Source: Phoronis australis (taxonomy: Eukaryota > Animalia > Phoronida). Taken from it: a DNA stretch of 64,000 nucleotides. Positions 1 through 13,600 of the stretch are shown piece by piece. The notes under the pieces are model-generated. The model worked only from the letters and a program-made list of their open reading frames with translations, searched no databases and had not been told where the DNA came from. The stretch covers positions 1-64,000 of the forward strand of contig NMRA01000394.1 in NCBI GenBank assembly GCA_002633005.1, written 5' to 3'. Numbering within the stretch: position 1 is the first letter of the stretch; each line of letters opens with the position of its first letter. A program made the position numbers and the translations under genes.

Positions 1-963
1 GCGAACTACAAGTGAGAAAACGATCAGTATTCTCAATTCATTGTTTAGTAGATATGGATTTCCAAAGATCTTAGTTACGGACAATGGTCCACAGTTCACT
101 TCCGGTGAATTTAAGAAATTTGTAAGTGAAAAAAAGGGGATTAATCATAAATTAAATCCACCATTTCATCCATCTACTAATGGTCAAGCTGAAAGATTTG
201 TACAATCATTAAAGCAAGGCTTGAAAGCTGCGAAACCTGAAAGCGGTTCGATTCAAAACAAATTGGATAATTTTTTGTTAGCATATCGAAATGCGCCGCA
301 GAAATTACACAAAATCAGGGAAGACAAAAGTAGAGGTTCTCATGTGAGAGTTATTAATGTTGGTGATAATGTACTTGCGAGAAATTACATTGGTAAAGAG
401 AAGTGGATACCAGGTATTATTGCATGTAAACTTGGTTCTCTGATATATCAGGTACAGGTTAACAGTGGAGTGTGGAAAAGACAAGTTGATCAATTATTGC
501 ATAGAAGTTTCAAATCTGATGTTGGTGAATCAGCTGATTGTGAAAGTGTCAAGCCTGACCANAACTTGGTTCTCTGATATATGAGGTACAAGTTAACAGT
601 GGAGTGTGGAAAAGACATGTTGATCAATTATTGCATAGACGTTTCAAATCTGATGTTGGTGAATCAGCTGATTGTGAAAGTGTCAAGCCTGACCATGTTG
701 TTCTTCCAACTGTCAATGATGAAGTGTTTCCAGATGTTAGTCTTGAAGAGTCTAACCATAACATTGATGTACCAGTAATTGAAACTGACATTTGTAGTAA
801 ACAATTGGTGTCTGGAAATGATGACAGAGAATTTGTTGACAGTGAAATGAGTCAATCGGAAGAGAGAGTTGTTGAATCAGATGTTACTGAGGAACCTAAT
901 GTTGAATTAAGAAGATCAACAAGGAATAGAAAACAACCTGTTAGATTTGGATTTGATGACTAA
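1..963 (+). pseudogene. Gypsy integrase (DDE, rve-like) remnant
   Basis: DNG and NGxAER motifs are present. The segment usually found after YRNAP (TTGxSPAxLxFGR) is missing. A 133-bp duplication across the N at 562 breaks the frame. Confidence 0.85.
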
Positions 964-1049
964 TATGTTAGTGTGCATGTAATTGATATAGTGAACTTGA
1001 TTAGTTTATTTTCTTAACAAGAGCCTACTTCATATTTAGTGAGGGAGAG

Positions 1050-1314
1050 TGTTGTGTACTTAGTCACACAATAACAGGATGTTTGTAGGTTGTTATTGTT
1101 TATGAGTTCAGTAGTTTAATTGGTATTATGTCATGCGATTCCTAGTACAGGAAGTGTGTCATAGGTAACCCATCATATGTTGTTATGTAGTTGTGTGTAT
1201 ATATATTGTGATGATATGTAGAATAAATCAGTTCAGTGTTCAGTTCAATTCTGTTCGTTTCACTGCGTAGTTCATGGAGTGTCTACTTTATTTGACAAAG
1301 TAAGATACACAACA
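1050..1314 (+). repeat. 3' LTR (265 bp)
   Basis: Starts TGTTGTGTA and ends TACACAACA (9-bp terminal inverted repeat, TG...CA). Internal AATAAA near 1222. Preceded by the PPT. Confidence 0.9.
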
Positions 1315-1781
1315 GTGATGGAGTAAAATACGTAAATTATCATCCACTTATAAACAAACGAGAATGAAAATGCGCGTTTTAATCAATATTAAAGTGTGTT
1401 CGCGTTCATTCTCTTGAAGCTTCCTTCAAAAGCCATTATGTTTGAGTTCTTAATAAGGCAAATTACCGTTCCTTATAACATTTCATACCTCCATGGACTA
1501 CAACATTTTAGTGATTGCTCCTGGAGTTTTGGGAAGTTATCACACGGTGTAGCATCGGAAATAACTGTTTGAATACGTCATGAGCAATCGTTTATTATAA
1601 GACGTCAAGGGAGAATGGGATAAAACACAATGCATGACAATAGACATATTAAGATTAAATTAAGATGCTCTGCTGTTAGGAAATCGTCATACGAGAAGAG
1701 TCCAAACACGGATTTGACGTTTTGTTGGGCTCACTTTTTGGAAGTTTGTGGTCGAATATAGGCCCGTGCCCCTAAATGCGA

Positions 1782-2156
1782 TCATGCATGGCATGCTGTC
1801 ATAGTAGCGCAAGAACTGAATACAGTATACAGTGCAGCTGCAACGATGTCTCTAAGCTGGATGTAAAAGACTGCTGCCTTTGTAACGTCATTTGGCGTTT
1901 CTAATTTGTGTTCTGCCATCAACATAGTACACAACTCATAGTAGTCGTCATCGCAGGGACGGTCGGACTTAAAGACACACTTCTTTTGGCAGGCTAAAAC
2001 TTTTTGTTCGTCTACAGCATAAAGACAATCTCTCGCCCCAAATGTTTCAGGAAGAGGGTACATCAGAAATGGCCTAATATGACTAAAGTACATATTCCTG
2101 TATCGCCGAATCTTGGGTGTATTCCACTCATGACAGAATTCAACACAGTTTGTCAC
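1782..2156 (-). pseudogene. C-terminal fragment of a DDE integrase-core transposase (IS3EU-like eukaryotic DNA transposon)
   Basis: EWNTPKIR...RPFLMYPLPETFGARD...PCDDDYYELC...AAVFYIQLR matches my recollection of the WNxHxIR...GRPxxxY...PC...LYxxLR tail of this family. Not verified by search. Confidence 0.5.
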
Positions 2157-2884
2157 TACACGACAATCTCACTTAAAATCATGCCCGCAATAGCTTCTAT
2201 TTAGAAGGAATCGCTGGCTTCTCACCCCATCGGTTACAAAGTAGCGTAAATGTGAGATTCCAAGGGAAACTGTACGGCAGCCATTATCATTCTTCTCGGA
2301 AAAAAGTTACAAATAGATATATTTTGCAAACGACCATAAAGCTTACGGAATTTCAGGTTTAAAATCGACACCAATCGTATACTCTAGTCCTACGGCTTTT
2401 GTCCAGTAATTCTAAGCTAATCAAGAAATCTTAAGATGTTTCAGTGAGCGAGCTGATCTGTATTGTTACTGTAATTGAAAGGCCCTCACAAGAAACCTCG
2501 CCAAACTGTTTTAAACTAACTTTGTCATCAAAAGTAAGCAGATACATACAATAACAGCCAGAAAAAACTCAAATGTGCATGTACATGTACTTACTTGTAT
2601 GATATTCATGAAAGAGAATCTAATACGTTCTCTAGCAATATTGCCGCCATTAAAGATTCCAAGACCTTGGAATACGTGAAAGAGTGAAATCTATACCACA
2701 TCTGAACTAGCCGTTTGCAACATCTGGCTTTAACTCCAGAGGGATGAATGACAGTTATCTGCTAAGTTGTCTCTAGCAGTACAGTTAAATCATTTGTTGT
2801 GCACTTGTGATACAGGCATAGTTTAACGGCGACTAAGTCCATAAGTCGCCAAAAACACATCGCAATTGCTGTGTGCTAAGTGAC

Positions 2885-3040
2885 CAGTGCTGTAGTGGTA
2901 AAATTAAAGGTAAGTAGGCGCCCAGAGCCCACCGCATCACCTTGAGCACTGAACGTAACTTAAGGTGCGTAGGCGCTACGTTCAAATGCCAAAAGGTTGT
3001 TGGCTGCGCCTACGTGAGCCTACGCCCCACTACAGCACTG
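2885..3040. mobile_element. hAT-type MITE with 8-bp TSD
   Basis: 14-bp TIR CAGTGCTGTAGTGG...CCACTACAGCACTG, flanked by identical TAAGTGAC (2877-2884 and 3041-3048). Confidence 0.9.
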
Positions 3041-3189
3041 TAAGTGACCCTCCAAAACGATACATGGGTACCTTTATTATTTCACCTTGAGTCAGTCTGA
3101 GCTTGAATAAATCGACAATGTGCTTGTTTCGGTCTTTCATTTTAATTTGAAAACGAGGTAGCATCCTCGATAACGTAACTCTAGCGGTA

Positions 3190-3398
3190 GAGTTACTAAG
3201 TCTATCGATAAAGTTGGTCAAATCCATCGATAGAGTTAGTAGGTCTATAGTGGGAGATAGTACGTCCATTGATAGAGTTATTTACTCTAGATAATAAGTA
3301 TCGATAGAGTTAATAAGTTTATCGATAAAGTTAGTAAGTCTATCGATCGAGATTATAGTAAATCTATCGATAGAGTTAGTAAGTCTATCGATAGAGTA
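3190..3398. repeat. Degenerate ~21-bp minisatellite (ATCGATAGAGTTAGTAAGTCT)
   Basis: About 9 imperfect units, each centred on palindromic CTATCGATAG. Confidence 0.8.
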
Positions 3399-3909
3399 AG
3401 CAACGGAGAAAAAAAGTTGCCATGCGGTCCTTTTAAAACCTCCGTATAATATAATTCGTTGCAGGTTGAAGATATATTGCCCTGGAACCAATTAAAAATG
3501 ACCAAGAGTTTTAGTATGCTTAAAATTTTTAAAATTCACCGGTTGATCTTTTGAATGCGGCGTGCAATGAAACCAGTGGTAAATGGTAATATTGGAGGAA
3601 AGAAAATTAATCATCAATGCAGCTTGCATGGTTTCAGTCCCCAGACTTCGGTTAAAATGAAGATGATGCGGTTTTTAGGAAACAAACGTTTTTCAAACTT
3701 AACATGTGTTTTGTAGGGCTTGATTTGCGAGCAGTTATATTCGCCTTATTATTTCGGCAGATAAATGTTCTCACGCGATCGTAATTTCGATATGTGCAAC
3801 TCGAATGCGATACGCATGACTTAAGTCTCCTCTTTCAGTGGACGTGAATGCTGGTCGCTTAAACAGGGTTGGTTTACCAACAACACCGCAGTAAACTGTT
3901 GTAGAAAAC

Positions 3910-4131
3910 ATGTTAAGGAAGACCGACTCTCTCTGGTGCGTCTCATCACTCACGTTAATCATTTGCCAGTTTGTTGCGGCGACCAGCATTCATACAAGCA
4001 CTGGAAATCGCAATAAGCGAGCAGTGACGGATATCATGACAACCCAAATGAAAAAGGAGCTACTTGACAAGCATAATTACTACAGGAGACAAGAGGTTAG
4101 CAGTGAAGGCGTAGCTAACATGGAATACATG
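3910..4131 (+). CDS. CAP/SCP (CRISP/PR-1/antigen 5) domain protein, coding exon 1: signal peptide, RNKR site, CAP N-terminus
   Basis: Hydrophobic N-terminus, then LLDKHNYYRRQEV...ANMEYM (CAP HNxxR and NM motifs). Ends at donor GTAAGA at 4132, phase 0. Confidence 0.92.
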
Positions 4132-7100
4132 GTAAGACTTTCTGTTGCGGCATTACCAACAATTAATTTTGTTAAGGATATGTCTTAAGATGTGACATGT
4201 ACGTCATTGAAACTAACCCCGGCACCATAGAATACAACCCAATAATTGTGGGTCCTGAGTACGAATTTCCAATAACAAAATTAAAAAAATAAGAAATGTT
4301 TTATTTGCTCGATAAAATATATTGGAGACAATCTGAGATCAATTTCATCAAAGGCCGTAGGATCAGGTCGGCAATGCACGGTCTTGGCTGAGATATAGCC
4401 GTCGTAACTTGATTTTATACTTTATAGTTCATTAACGTGACTCTGCGTGAAGGTTGTTTGGAATTCTGAATAATGAAAAATGGCCAGCTTCACAATAGTT
4501 AAAATGGTAAATTAGCCTTGGCGCAAAGCTGTATAATACTAAATATACAGCTTTGCGCCGATGTGCGTAAAAAGGCAACCAAATAAACTCTGACACAAAG
4601 TTACTGTCATTAAAAACTATACTCTTCCTTAAGAAAACTAAATTATTTACCCGTGTTGGAAAAGTTGGTGTTCCACCGTTATTCTGATGTCTAAATTGTG
4701 ATGCAATCTTTTGCGTCGGCGTTAGGCGCCATGAAATGTTGTGTCACCTATGGGCCAATTTCTTTTTGTCCCGATTCTTCCATCAACTGTTTTTCTTCCA
4801 CGAGGTTGCATACATGTTACAACAAATTATCGGAACTGGTTTCCATTTGTTACAAGTTTTCGAATTCTACTTTTGTGCGAAAATTAGATAAGTGTCTATT
4901 ATACGCTCGAGTGCATAATGGCTTACGTGGATATTTTTCTAATCCTAATTTCTACTTGATGACCACAGCGTTAGGAAATTTCCGAATATATGCCCATGTT
5001 CGGAAAACGACCTTTCAAAAACGTCAAATTAAACCCAATATATGCCCGGGTGTATTTTCGGAACAAAACGACGTATTTTCAAAATGGTATTCAAACATTA
5101 TGCGATGCAGGTGTTGTTAAACAAACATTATTTGTGACGTTTTTTTATTACGTATTTTTAATGTATGTAGTTGAATCTTACTATTCTGAATTTTGTTCGT
5201 GCGCTCTTTATTAGCATTCGAGGAAATAAAGTGCTTTAAAACTGCCCTTCATAATATGCTAACAGAACAATGTAGCGGATATTCACAACACGTATAGCAG
5301 TTACCGAAAATACACCCTTGGGCATACTCTTGGGTGGGCCTGTTCTCCGAAATTCTCGGTATCACGAATACAAAGGTCAAACATGGACTAGCAACTCATT
5401 TGCATAAACCATATTGTACTCGAGCACCGACTCATAGCCACTTATCTTGAGTTTGCACAAAACTAGAACAGAAATTACAAAAAATAATTTGGAATTCAGT
5501 TGCAATATGTAAACCTCGACCCCATGTCTTCGCGAAAAACTCTAACGCCACATTGACAACGCGGTATACGTTTATTCTTTCGTTGGTTGCTCGATTCAAC
5601 TTCAAACATACAAATACAGTAACCGTTTACAAATGTGTGCACCCAAACAAGCGTCAATCTTCTAATATACAGTAACACGAAACGTACATTTAAAACGCGT
5701 TTGAACGTTCCATAGACCGTCATTTACGAGTACAACGTTAAAGTTTTGACATATAATGAAACTATAACTATGACTTGCGGCACAAATCGCAACAAAAGCT
5801 GTGTCCGGTCTGGTCGGTATGAACGCTGGGTATGAGTGAATAAAAATTCACGCGTTACGCCTACATACATGGCCAGCCACAAACAATGTCAGAAATCCAA
5901 AATGCTATTGAAGAATAGCGTCACATGGGAAAAGAGACGCAATGGAAACGTCCTTAGCGACACGAAACCGCCAACAGCTAGCGAATGAAACGGAACTATA
6001 GTCAGCAGTTACGCCTTTAAAAGTCTAAGTTCGCACTTGGTGACCCCTAGATTCAAAGTTTTAGCTTTAATTCCAAGGTCATTAAGTGCGAAGTGGGATT
6101 CGACAGCTACATGTATTCACGCCAGTAATGTTGTACCCGAACATAGAAAAATAGACACTTATCTTGAGTTCGCACAAAATTAGATGTTATAATTCCAAGC
6201 ATAATTTAGAGTTCCGATTTCTAGAAAATGATTACTACACTGGACCTGAATAGGGTTTTGTCAATAGCAGATTACTTAATGTGAAAAATGCTGGTTTTGA
6301 ACTCAGTTATAGTCAATTTCGCGTCAAACTAGTAGCGTGCTTCATCAAAATTCACAATTACGTTAGAATAAATAATAGGCAAAGACAAGTGTAGACATTA
6401 GATAAGACTTAATTCAAACGGCAATTTAAATTGATTATAAAGCAGAAATTTCTCGTCTTAGATTATTCAACATTGCGACCTTTACAACTTCAAAAACATA
6501 ACATAATCGCCAGCGAATTGTACTGAAATGAAGCGTGGTAATCGTGACCGGCATGAAGTTGACGTGCTTTTGAAGACCAAATTGCTCATTCTGTTTTCTT
6601 ATTTCATTGAAAGTACGATGGGCGGTCAAAATAAACCATAGAAGAAAAATTTAGCTCCAATCGAGAAAAAACATTTACCTACGTAGAAGTAAGAAATCAA
6701 AAAACCCGGAAAGTGATGAAATCCGTTTAAACGTCTTAAAACTAACAGCGTACGACGAAATTAACACGTTTTCAAAAGGATCTCAATCACTGATTTAATT
6801 AGATGTTGCTTGTCATTGACGCTTGTAAATTTCATATTTTTGCTGGAGATGCCTCTATTTAGGCAGCTGCAAAGAAAACTCATTCGATGACACCCACATT
6901 TTATAGTAGTAAGAAATTTTTATATAAATTAAGGCTTTGTCGATCCCCTTAATGAATGGTCTCCTAGGTCACCACGCCTTTAGAATAGCCCCTGTGGAGA
7001 CAAAATTGGGCCCTATTTTGCGCGAGGCCCCAAGCTCTAGTTTATGTAGCTCAATGATAGCCCAGCTGTGGTTACAGAAGAAGACGCAGAAAAAGGCAAA

Positions 7101-7943
7101 GGCACAGCAGTATTTGGATCTGTCCGAAAATCAACGGAAGTCAGGCTCACGTAATGTCTTAGTCATATAATAACGATGCCAGGCTGATCCCACTGGCTGA
7201 GTTTCACCCCGAAACCTAGCATGATCGGGCGATTTTTTGTCGAAACATTTTTGACACCGGCTCTCGGTTAGCCCTCCCTTTACCTATATGCTCGTATCCT
7301 CTGCCAAAGGATAATGGAAGTGACGTCAGAAACTTTATGTGACCGAGGCATAAACAGAAACACATCTGCACAATTTCACTACGATCGCAAAAACAAAATT
7401 AATACTATAAGAGGCATAGCATTACTCACAAACCACTTGAAATAGTTATAAAAAATACGTGAATGTAAAAGGGGACTTTTAATACAATCTGGTATTCAAA
7501 ACGTGATGATGTTTTAAAAACAAACGACAAGAAATCACGGCATCCACTAAAATGCATTCATATCAACTTAGTTTTGTATAGGGCCTTTGTTTTGTGAAAC
7601 ATTGAATCGCCATTTCATCACCTAAATCTGTCGAGATTCGCTCTCTGAGCACTCGGAACAATGATTATGCCATTTACATGTGCTACATTTTAGAGGCCGT
7701 AGCCTTTAATTTCAGATTAGGACAGGCCTGCATTATAATAAATTGCCAAGACATAACAAGCGTTTTATAGCACAAAATAGCTTCAAATACAACTGGTAAG
7801 GTTGGGTGGGTAGATCAATCTTTTCCACTAAAGTCACGCAGTTGTTGGATGTCAATTAAACCCAACGGATATGTTAAAATGACCAAAAAGAGGATTTCCC
7901 TTTTATATGAGCAAGTTTTTAAAGCAAGCTTTATCTTTTTTAG

Positions 7944-8189
7944 TACTGGGATGACGGCTTAGCCGCACAAGCTAATGCATGGGCGAAAAAGTGCGACTTC
8001 GAACATGGGGGAAATTGGAATTACAACGGCGGCACAGCAGAAACGACATGGGCCGTCGTTGGTCAGAACCTCGGATGGCATTCACATAATACGGACCCTT
8101 TGCACGTTGTAAATCTGTGGTACAAGGAAAAACAATATTATGGTTTTGACCGTCATACTTGCTCTGGAGTCTGTGGCCATTATACTCAG
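7944..8189 (+). CDS. CAP-domain protein, exon 2 (not in the ORF track)
   Basis: Acceptor TTTTTTAG. Translates YWDDGLAAQANAWAKKCDFEH...GQNLGW...LWYKEKQYY...CSGVCGHYTQ. Donor GTAAAA, phase 0/0. Contains the WDxxL, GxNL, WxxE and CGHYTQ signatures. Confidence 0.95.
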
Positions 8190-8315
8190 GTAAAACAATT
8201 ACACGTATCGCCATCGTCTTAGATTAGCCATTATTCATCGAAAGGGCCGCTGTGTTTAACGAAAACGTTAAGAAGCTTTTAGGCAACTGTCAAGTAAACG
8301 ATGCAAACTGTCACN

Positions 8316-9176
8316 TTCCCGCCACTTGGTTTTGCGTTGACTTTGCCCTGCGCATCTGTTCTATTCTACTTTTGTTTTGTGCTGTTTTTCAACAATTGTC
8401 GCCACCACTTTCCATCGGCGAGTATTCTGCGGCAAGATAGGTTAGTAGAGAACTCAACTACGTTGGATTTAGGGATTGTTAAGTGTGTTGTAAGCTGAAA
8501 ACGGCTGGAGTCGGTGACCCGTATCACAGTGACAGTAGTGTGAGTGACGGCCGAGACCTTGTTCACAGTAGTGGTGAAGAGGAATTTTTTCACGGACATT
8601 CAGTGGGTGGGTACATGTTTGAGCCCAAGTATAACGAGGCAGAGTACGTACAGGCACAGGCAGCTGTTGAGAGAAACGAGGCGGCTACTGAGAAAAGAGG
8701 TGGTGACACATCTTGGTGTAAATGCACTGTGTGCGTTGTTATGCCTACCTCAATGGAATGCTTGTGCTGTTCAGAGTTCTACTGGACATGGTTAAGTGGA
8801 CCTCCGGCATACCACGGACAGAGGAACAACTGTCCCACTTGCCAGAGTGTTCCGCAACACACTCCCACTGGATGGTGGCATAAGCACCCAAACTGCTTAC
8901 ATCCTGTCGTGTGACTCCCTCGCCACACACCTGGCACCTTCTAAATAGACAAGTTCACAATAAACTTATCAAAGTTTGGCTCACCGATCTGTCCTCTTCA
9001 CTGGGTGTCGAACCGGGCCTGTAATCACTCCCACTACTCAATATCGCTGCAGGGCTGCATGCTTAGAGGTTCTGGGGCCTCTGGGCTGGAGAAAACAGAT
9101 CAGGGCGAATCACTACTGGTTCCAGGAATTGCACGCTCTGGGGTACGTTCGGAGGCACGGGTGACAGTAGATGAAG
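8316..9176. mobile_element. Internally deleted Kolobok/KolobokP-like DNA transposon (KolX/P2X7-ballast-like fragment on +, transposase fragment on -)
   Basis: + strand reads YMFEP...WCKCTVCVVMPTSMECLCCSE. - strand reads DKFIV..LFRRCQVCG...LGAYATIQWECVAEHSGKW...VHLTMS. The two fragments meet near 8780. The contig is bounded by Ns at 8315 and 9177. Confidence 0.7.
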
Positions 9177-10658
9177 NACCCTTATTGTCCTCTTAATTTA
9201 TTAGCTAAAGACCTCCAAATCTTCACGAAGAAAATGACACGTTTTTGAATTACTAAAACATCAATTTTACAATAAAAAAGCAGTTAGACTGCGTGCAATG
9301 ATAGAAAACAAGTAACGGGATTAAGAAGTGGGACATGAGGACTACCAAATACAATTGATAGTAATAATTTCGCTGCATTAATCACGTGAGAGGGGTAAAG
9401 AGTCCGGAGGCACTTTTTGTGTTGAAAATGGGTGTCACTCAAGTGCTTTTACAAGCCAGTTAGCAGGGTTATGGCCATTGAAAGATATGTTCATTGCTAA
9501 ATCTTGGTTTTGTGAAGAAATTTAAGAAACTTTTTGAATTGACATTTTCACGTTTTTTTTTAAGTGTACCAATTTTGTGTATTTTTTCACGGTTTAAAAG
9601 ACTGTTTTTGTGACTTCATTACCTTTACAGTGAAACTGAGTTTAGAAAGAAACAATTATTGATCATCATAGTTTTAGAGACATTAACGCTGTCTGACATA
9701 TCCATTCGTCATGTCAAAGACTTAGCCTTCATAAATGAACGTGTGTCAGAGGTTACGCAGGGAAAGGTGATGGCATACTATTTAAATGTATATACCTCTA
9801 CATGTATGTATATCACTTTCTTTTATGAATTGTCTACAACCCAGATATAATGCTTCGCGATTTTTGCGTTTGTCATTGATTCATTGTATGTTCTGTGTAT
9901 TCTTCAATAAATATATATCACTTAAAAAACAATACGCATTCTGACAGTCATGTTCCCAATTTTGTCTAATTTTCTCGTGAAGTTACTCTTATGTACGAAA
10001 ACACGCACCCTAAACATTACACCGACTTCATTTGGCCAACTATTCATGAAGGAGTCGTTACCATGTCAAACCTACTACCGCGCCAAACACGCAAATTTTA
10101 ACCCCAGGTTCCCTGTTGTTTTGTCAGTACTAGCAAACAAAATCGACAACAGAGTTACATGTATAAAAAGTTTGTTGTTATGATATTCTTTGACTGGGTC
10201 AATGAAACTAACCAAGTAAATATCTTCTTGAACACGGCATCAAGTTCAGAATGCCAGCTCAACCTACTGCCGGTGGTAACAAAAAACACTTGCTAGCCTT
10301 CATTATGCATTCACAGCCTGGGTCTATATGTCGTTTAATTCGTCAATTGATTTCAAGATTGTTCCGTGTTGCTGACTAATACACACTTCGTGAGAAATTT
10401 CCCGATACGTGATATGCAAGCTGATTTAAACTCTGGCATTGCCCTCTTGTAAAACGGCTTCCAAATCACGGATCGTAATATAATACCCTAAAACGTATCA
10501 CCACTTACTTTATACAGTGTACATATTTATCATCACATATTATACAACACACACTTATAAAAGCAAGGTTCTATGCATTAGACACTTGGACAAACAAAGG
10601 CTGAAAATCGATGCACTAAAACCTGAAAATTGTCGCGCGTTTAGAAGTTCGAGTTGAT

Positions 10659-13600
10659 AATACCTGTAATACCTGTCACGGACAGGACCGTAGAAGATAT
10701 GCTGGTGCATTAATAACCTCCCCAGACCATCCCCGTGACAGCAGAAGGCGTAGAACTCCAGGGCTGACGTTGCCTATCAGCATCTGATATGACAACACTA
10801 GTGGCACGGCTCTTCTTGTGAATAAGCAGCGTGGCCATAAATAATGCCGGTTCGAGCACTCGGCTACCATCATTGAACTTAGCCAGTTGGGACGAAGTCT
10901 GCTCGAGGATGCGTTTGTGAGCCAGCAGCTTAACAGCAGCCGAATATAAGCAGAGGGGTTGGTTGGTGGTGTATGAGCCAGCGAGGTAATCTGCACGCTC
11001 ATTTATCGAGACACCGGCGTGGTTTGTACGAAAGACCGGATCACTATATGATGAGGGTGGCGTGATCGGAAGACACCCCAGTTGGCTGGGAGGTTTCCAT
11101 ATTGAACTTTCAGCAACACTGCCATGGAATCAGTGGCAAAGATAATAGTGTGAGTCTCCAGGTCTAGGAGTGACAGCTTAGTTAGGGCACATTGTATAGC
11201 CTCAAACTCCATCCGTGTACTACTTGTGTATACTTGGTGGCAGCCACTGCCTTCCTCAATGACGTTGTAAGCACATAGTATTTGGTAACCACATCTCGCA
11301 CGAATAGTTTCACCATCGAAGGATCTATCTGTTGCTACAACGATGGCATTAAAACCGCCAACATCACGCCATTGCTGACAGCACAATGCCTGGGATACTT
11401 CAGGAGGCCATTCCCGAGCTTTCCCGTTGAAAGCAAGGGTGACATTCGTTTTCTCACAGAGTTCTTGTACTGGCAGCCAAAAAGCATCTAGTGCGATCCT
11501 GTGTTAGCCGATGAGGCCCATGGTTGCGTTTACAGTAGCAACAATCCACGAGCACCTGCTAAGTCTTTGGTAGGAGGCATTACGGAAAGGTCTAGGGCGA
11601 ATTGGACAAGGTGTTGTTGCAGGGACGGGTTTCAAGCACCTGTCAAGTGCAGTCTTCACTTGACTGTGTAACTGATGGAAGTGGCTTCGAACAGCCTTGG
11701 CTGCAGTAATAAGTTGTAGAAGAGATTGTCTGTCTGCAATGCTAGGAACACCGACAAGTTAGCGTAATGCTGTGACTGAGGTAGATCTCGTACATCCAGT
11801 GATTACCCGAGTCTTTCAAGTCTGTTGATTTGATTTTTACTGATGTTGATCATGGGGAGAGCGTAGTCGAAGACCGAAGTGACGAGGGTATTATTAAGCA
11901 CGAAGAGGGGCCTTTCCTACGCTTTCCGTCCGGCAGCAGCCCTGTTAGCACGGCTGATCATATTGTTAACTTGAGTTGTAAAGTTGAGCCTGCACTGGAG
12001 TTCTATACCCATGTGGCGCATCTGGTCAGATGTTGCAATCCTCGTCCCATCGTGGGTAGGACAAGTGAAATCATCGACACTGAGGCGAGTGTCCAGAGTA
12101 CAAACGAGAGCTTCACATTTCTCCCCATTGCAGTTCATTCCGCTGGTAGCACAATACTCCCAGATTTCAATCAATGTAAACTGTGCATCGTGGGCAATCT
12201 CATGATGTGTTTGTCCTTGTGACGACAGCAGCATGTAGTCTACAAAGGTACGCAGTCGGCAGTCGGCGCGGTTCAGTCTGGCTAGTGGAAGGGTGTAGGT
12301 ATTGAACAGCACTGGGGACAGAGGTGAACCTTGGGGTAAGCCTGTGTTGACAGATACCCATTCTGAACGCCATGTGCGATGTTTTAGCATGCATCGCCGG
12401 CTGTTGAGGACAGTCATCACCCATCTATTGCACCGTACAGGAATACCGATATGAAGCATGCCGTCAGTAAGTTTTGAAGCTGAACAGAATTGTAAGCATC
12501 CTCTAGATCAAGGCCAACGAGGAGAGTGTTTTCTTTGTTTTCAAAACCTTGCCCCATCTCATCTGCAACAGAAGCTGCATTGGCCCATGAATCTCTACCA
12601 GATCGAAAAGTATCGATTCCTGGGAGGAGCCAGAGTTCAATGAATTTGTTGATTCTTTGCGCCATGATCTTTTCAGGGATTTTTCCAATGGCGTTCTGCA
12701 TCACTACATGTATGATGCGATATCCCTTGCGTGTGCGATGTTCTTTTCTTGGTTTTGGTACAGGACTTAGGAAGGCATCTTTCCGGATGTGAGGGATGAT
12801 TCCAGTGGCCTAACTGACGTTACAGGACTTCACAAGCTTGGCCAGCAGAAAGCCAGACAAAAACTTGAGTGTCGGAACTCTCACGCCATCGGGGCCAGGG
12901 CCAACCTCTTTGCAAGTTTTGATAGCATCCGCAATCTCTGCTGTAGAGAATTGACTGTCATGTTCAGCAGTTTTGAAAAGTCCATGTAGTTGTTGGATGA
13001 GGTGGTCTCTCTGATTCACAACTGTGGTCACTGGAAGAAACGGAGGGGAAAAGCATCACCCTGTTTCCTGTCACTCCTGAGAATGATGTTGTTTGCATTC
13101 AGTAGGACGGATCTGGGAGGAACGCGCCTTTTATCCATGTTACGATGGAAGAGGCAGAAATCTATAGCTGTCAAGTTGGATCGGCTGCAAAGCTCATCCC
13201 ATCGACGATTGGCAGCCTCGAATGCTGAGCGTTTGAACAGGGCAGTGGCTCTGTTTCTGGCTGTTCTGACGACCGTGCACTCATTCTTCTGATGTGCAGT
13301 TTTGACTTGCACGATCAAAATCCCGCTCTTTGAAGCGCTTGCTAGCCTAGGCTGTGTCAACATATTTATTCCACCAAGTAGGGGCATTCAGTCTCCTGTT
13401 GTGGCATACGTGCTTATGTAAGCTTTTGGCGTGCCTGCACAATGATTTTCAGATTTCATCCCTTTCGGTTTGATTGTAGGGTCGTTTATAAGTTGTTACT
13501 GGAGCCTCCAGTTGGTGGTGTAGTTGAACCTCACACAGGTAGTGATCACTTTCAGCTTGACAACTCCTACGCCACTCAGCATTGTCGCGTAGACTGTCGC

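Larger units (their letters stand above)
1..1314 (+). mobile_element. Ty3/Gypsy LTR retrotransposon, 3' portion (integrase C-terminal half, PPT, 3' LTR); runs off the window start
   Basis: ORF 41-577 has integrase core motifs TDNGPQFTS and PFHPSTNGQAERFVQ. ORF 604-963 ends in the typical LRRSTRNRKQPVRF tail. Polypurine tract AGTGAGGGAGAG at 1038-1049 directly precedes TG. Confidence 0.93.

Noticed and set aside
8483-8914. Host P2X7 receptor gene
   Set aside because: No P2X channel exons. The domain is truncated and abuts an antisense transposase-like fragment.
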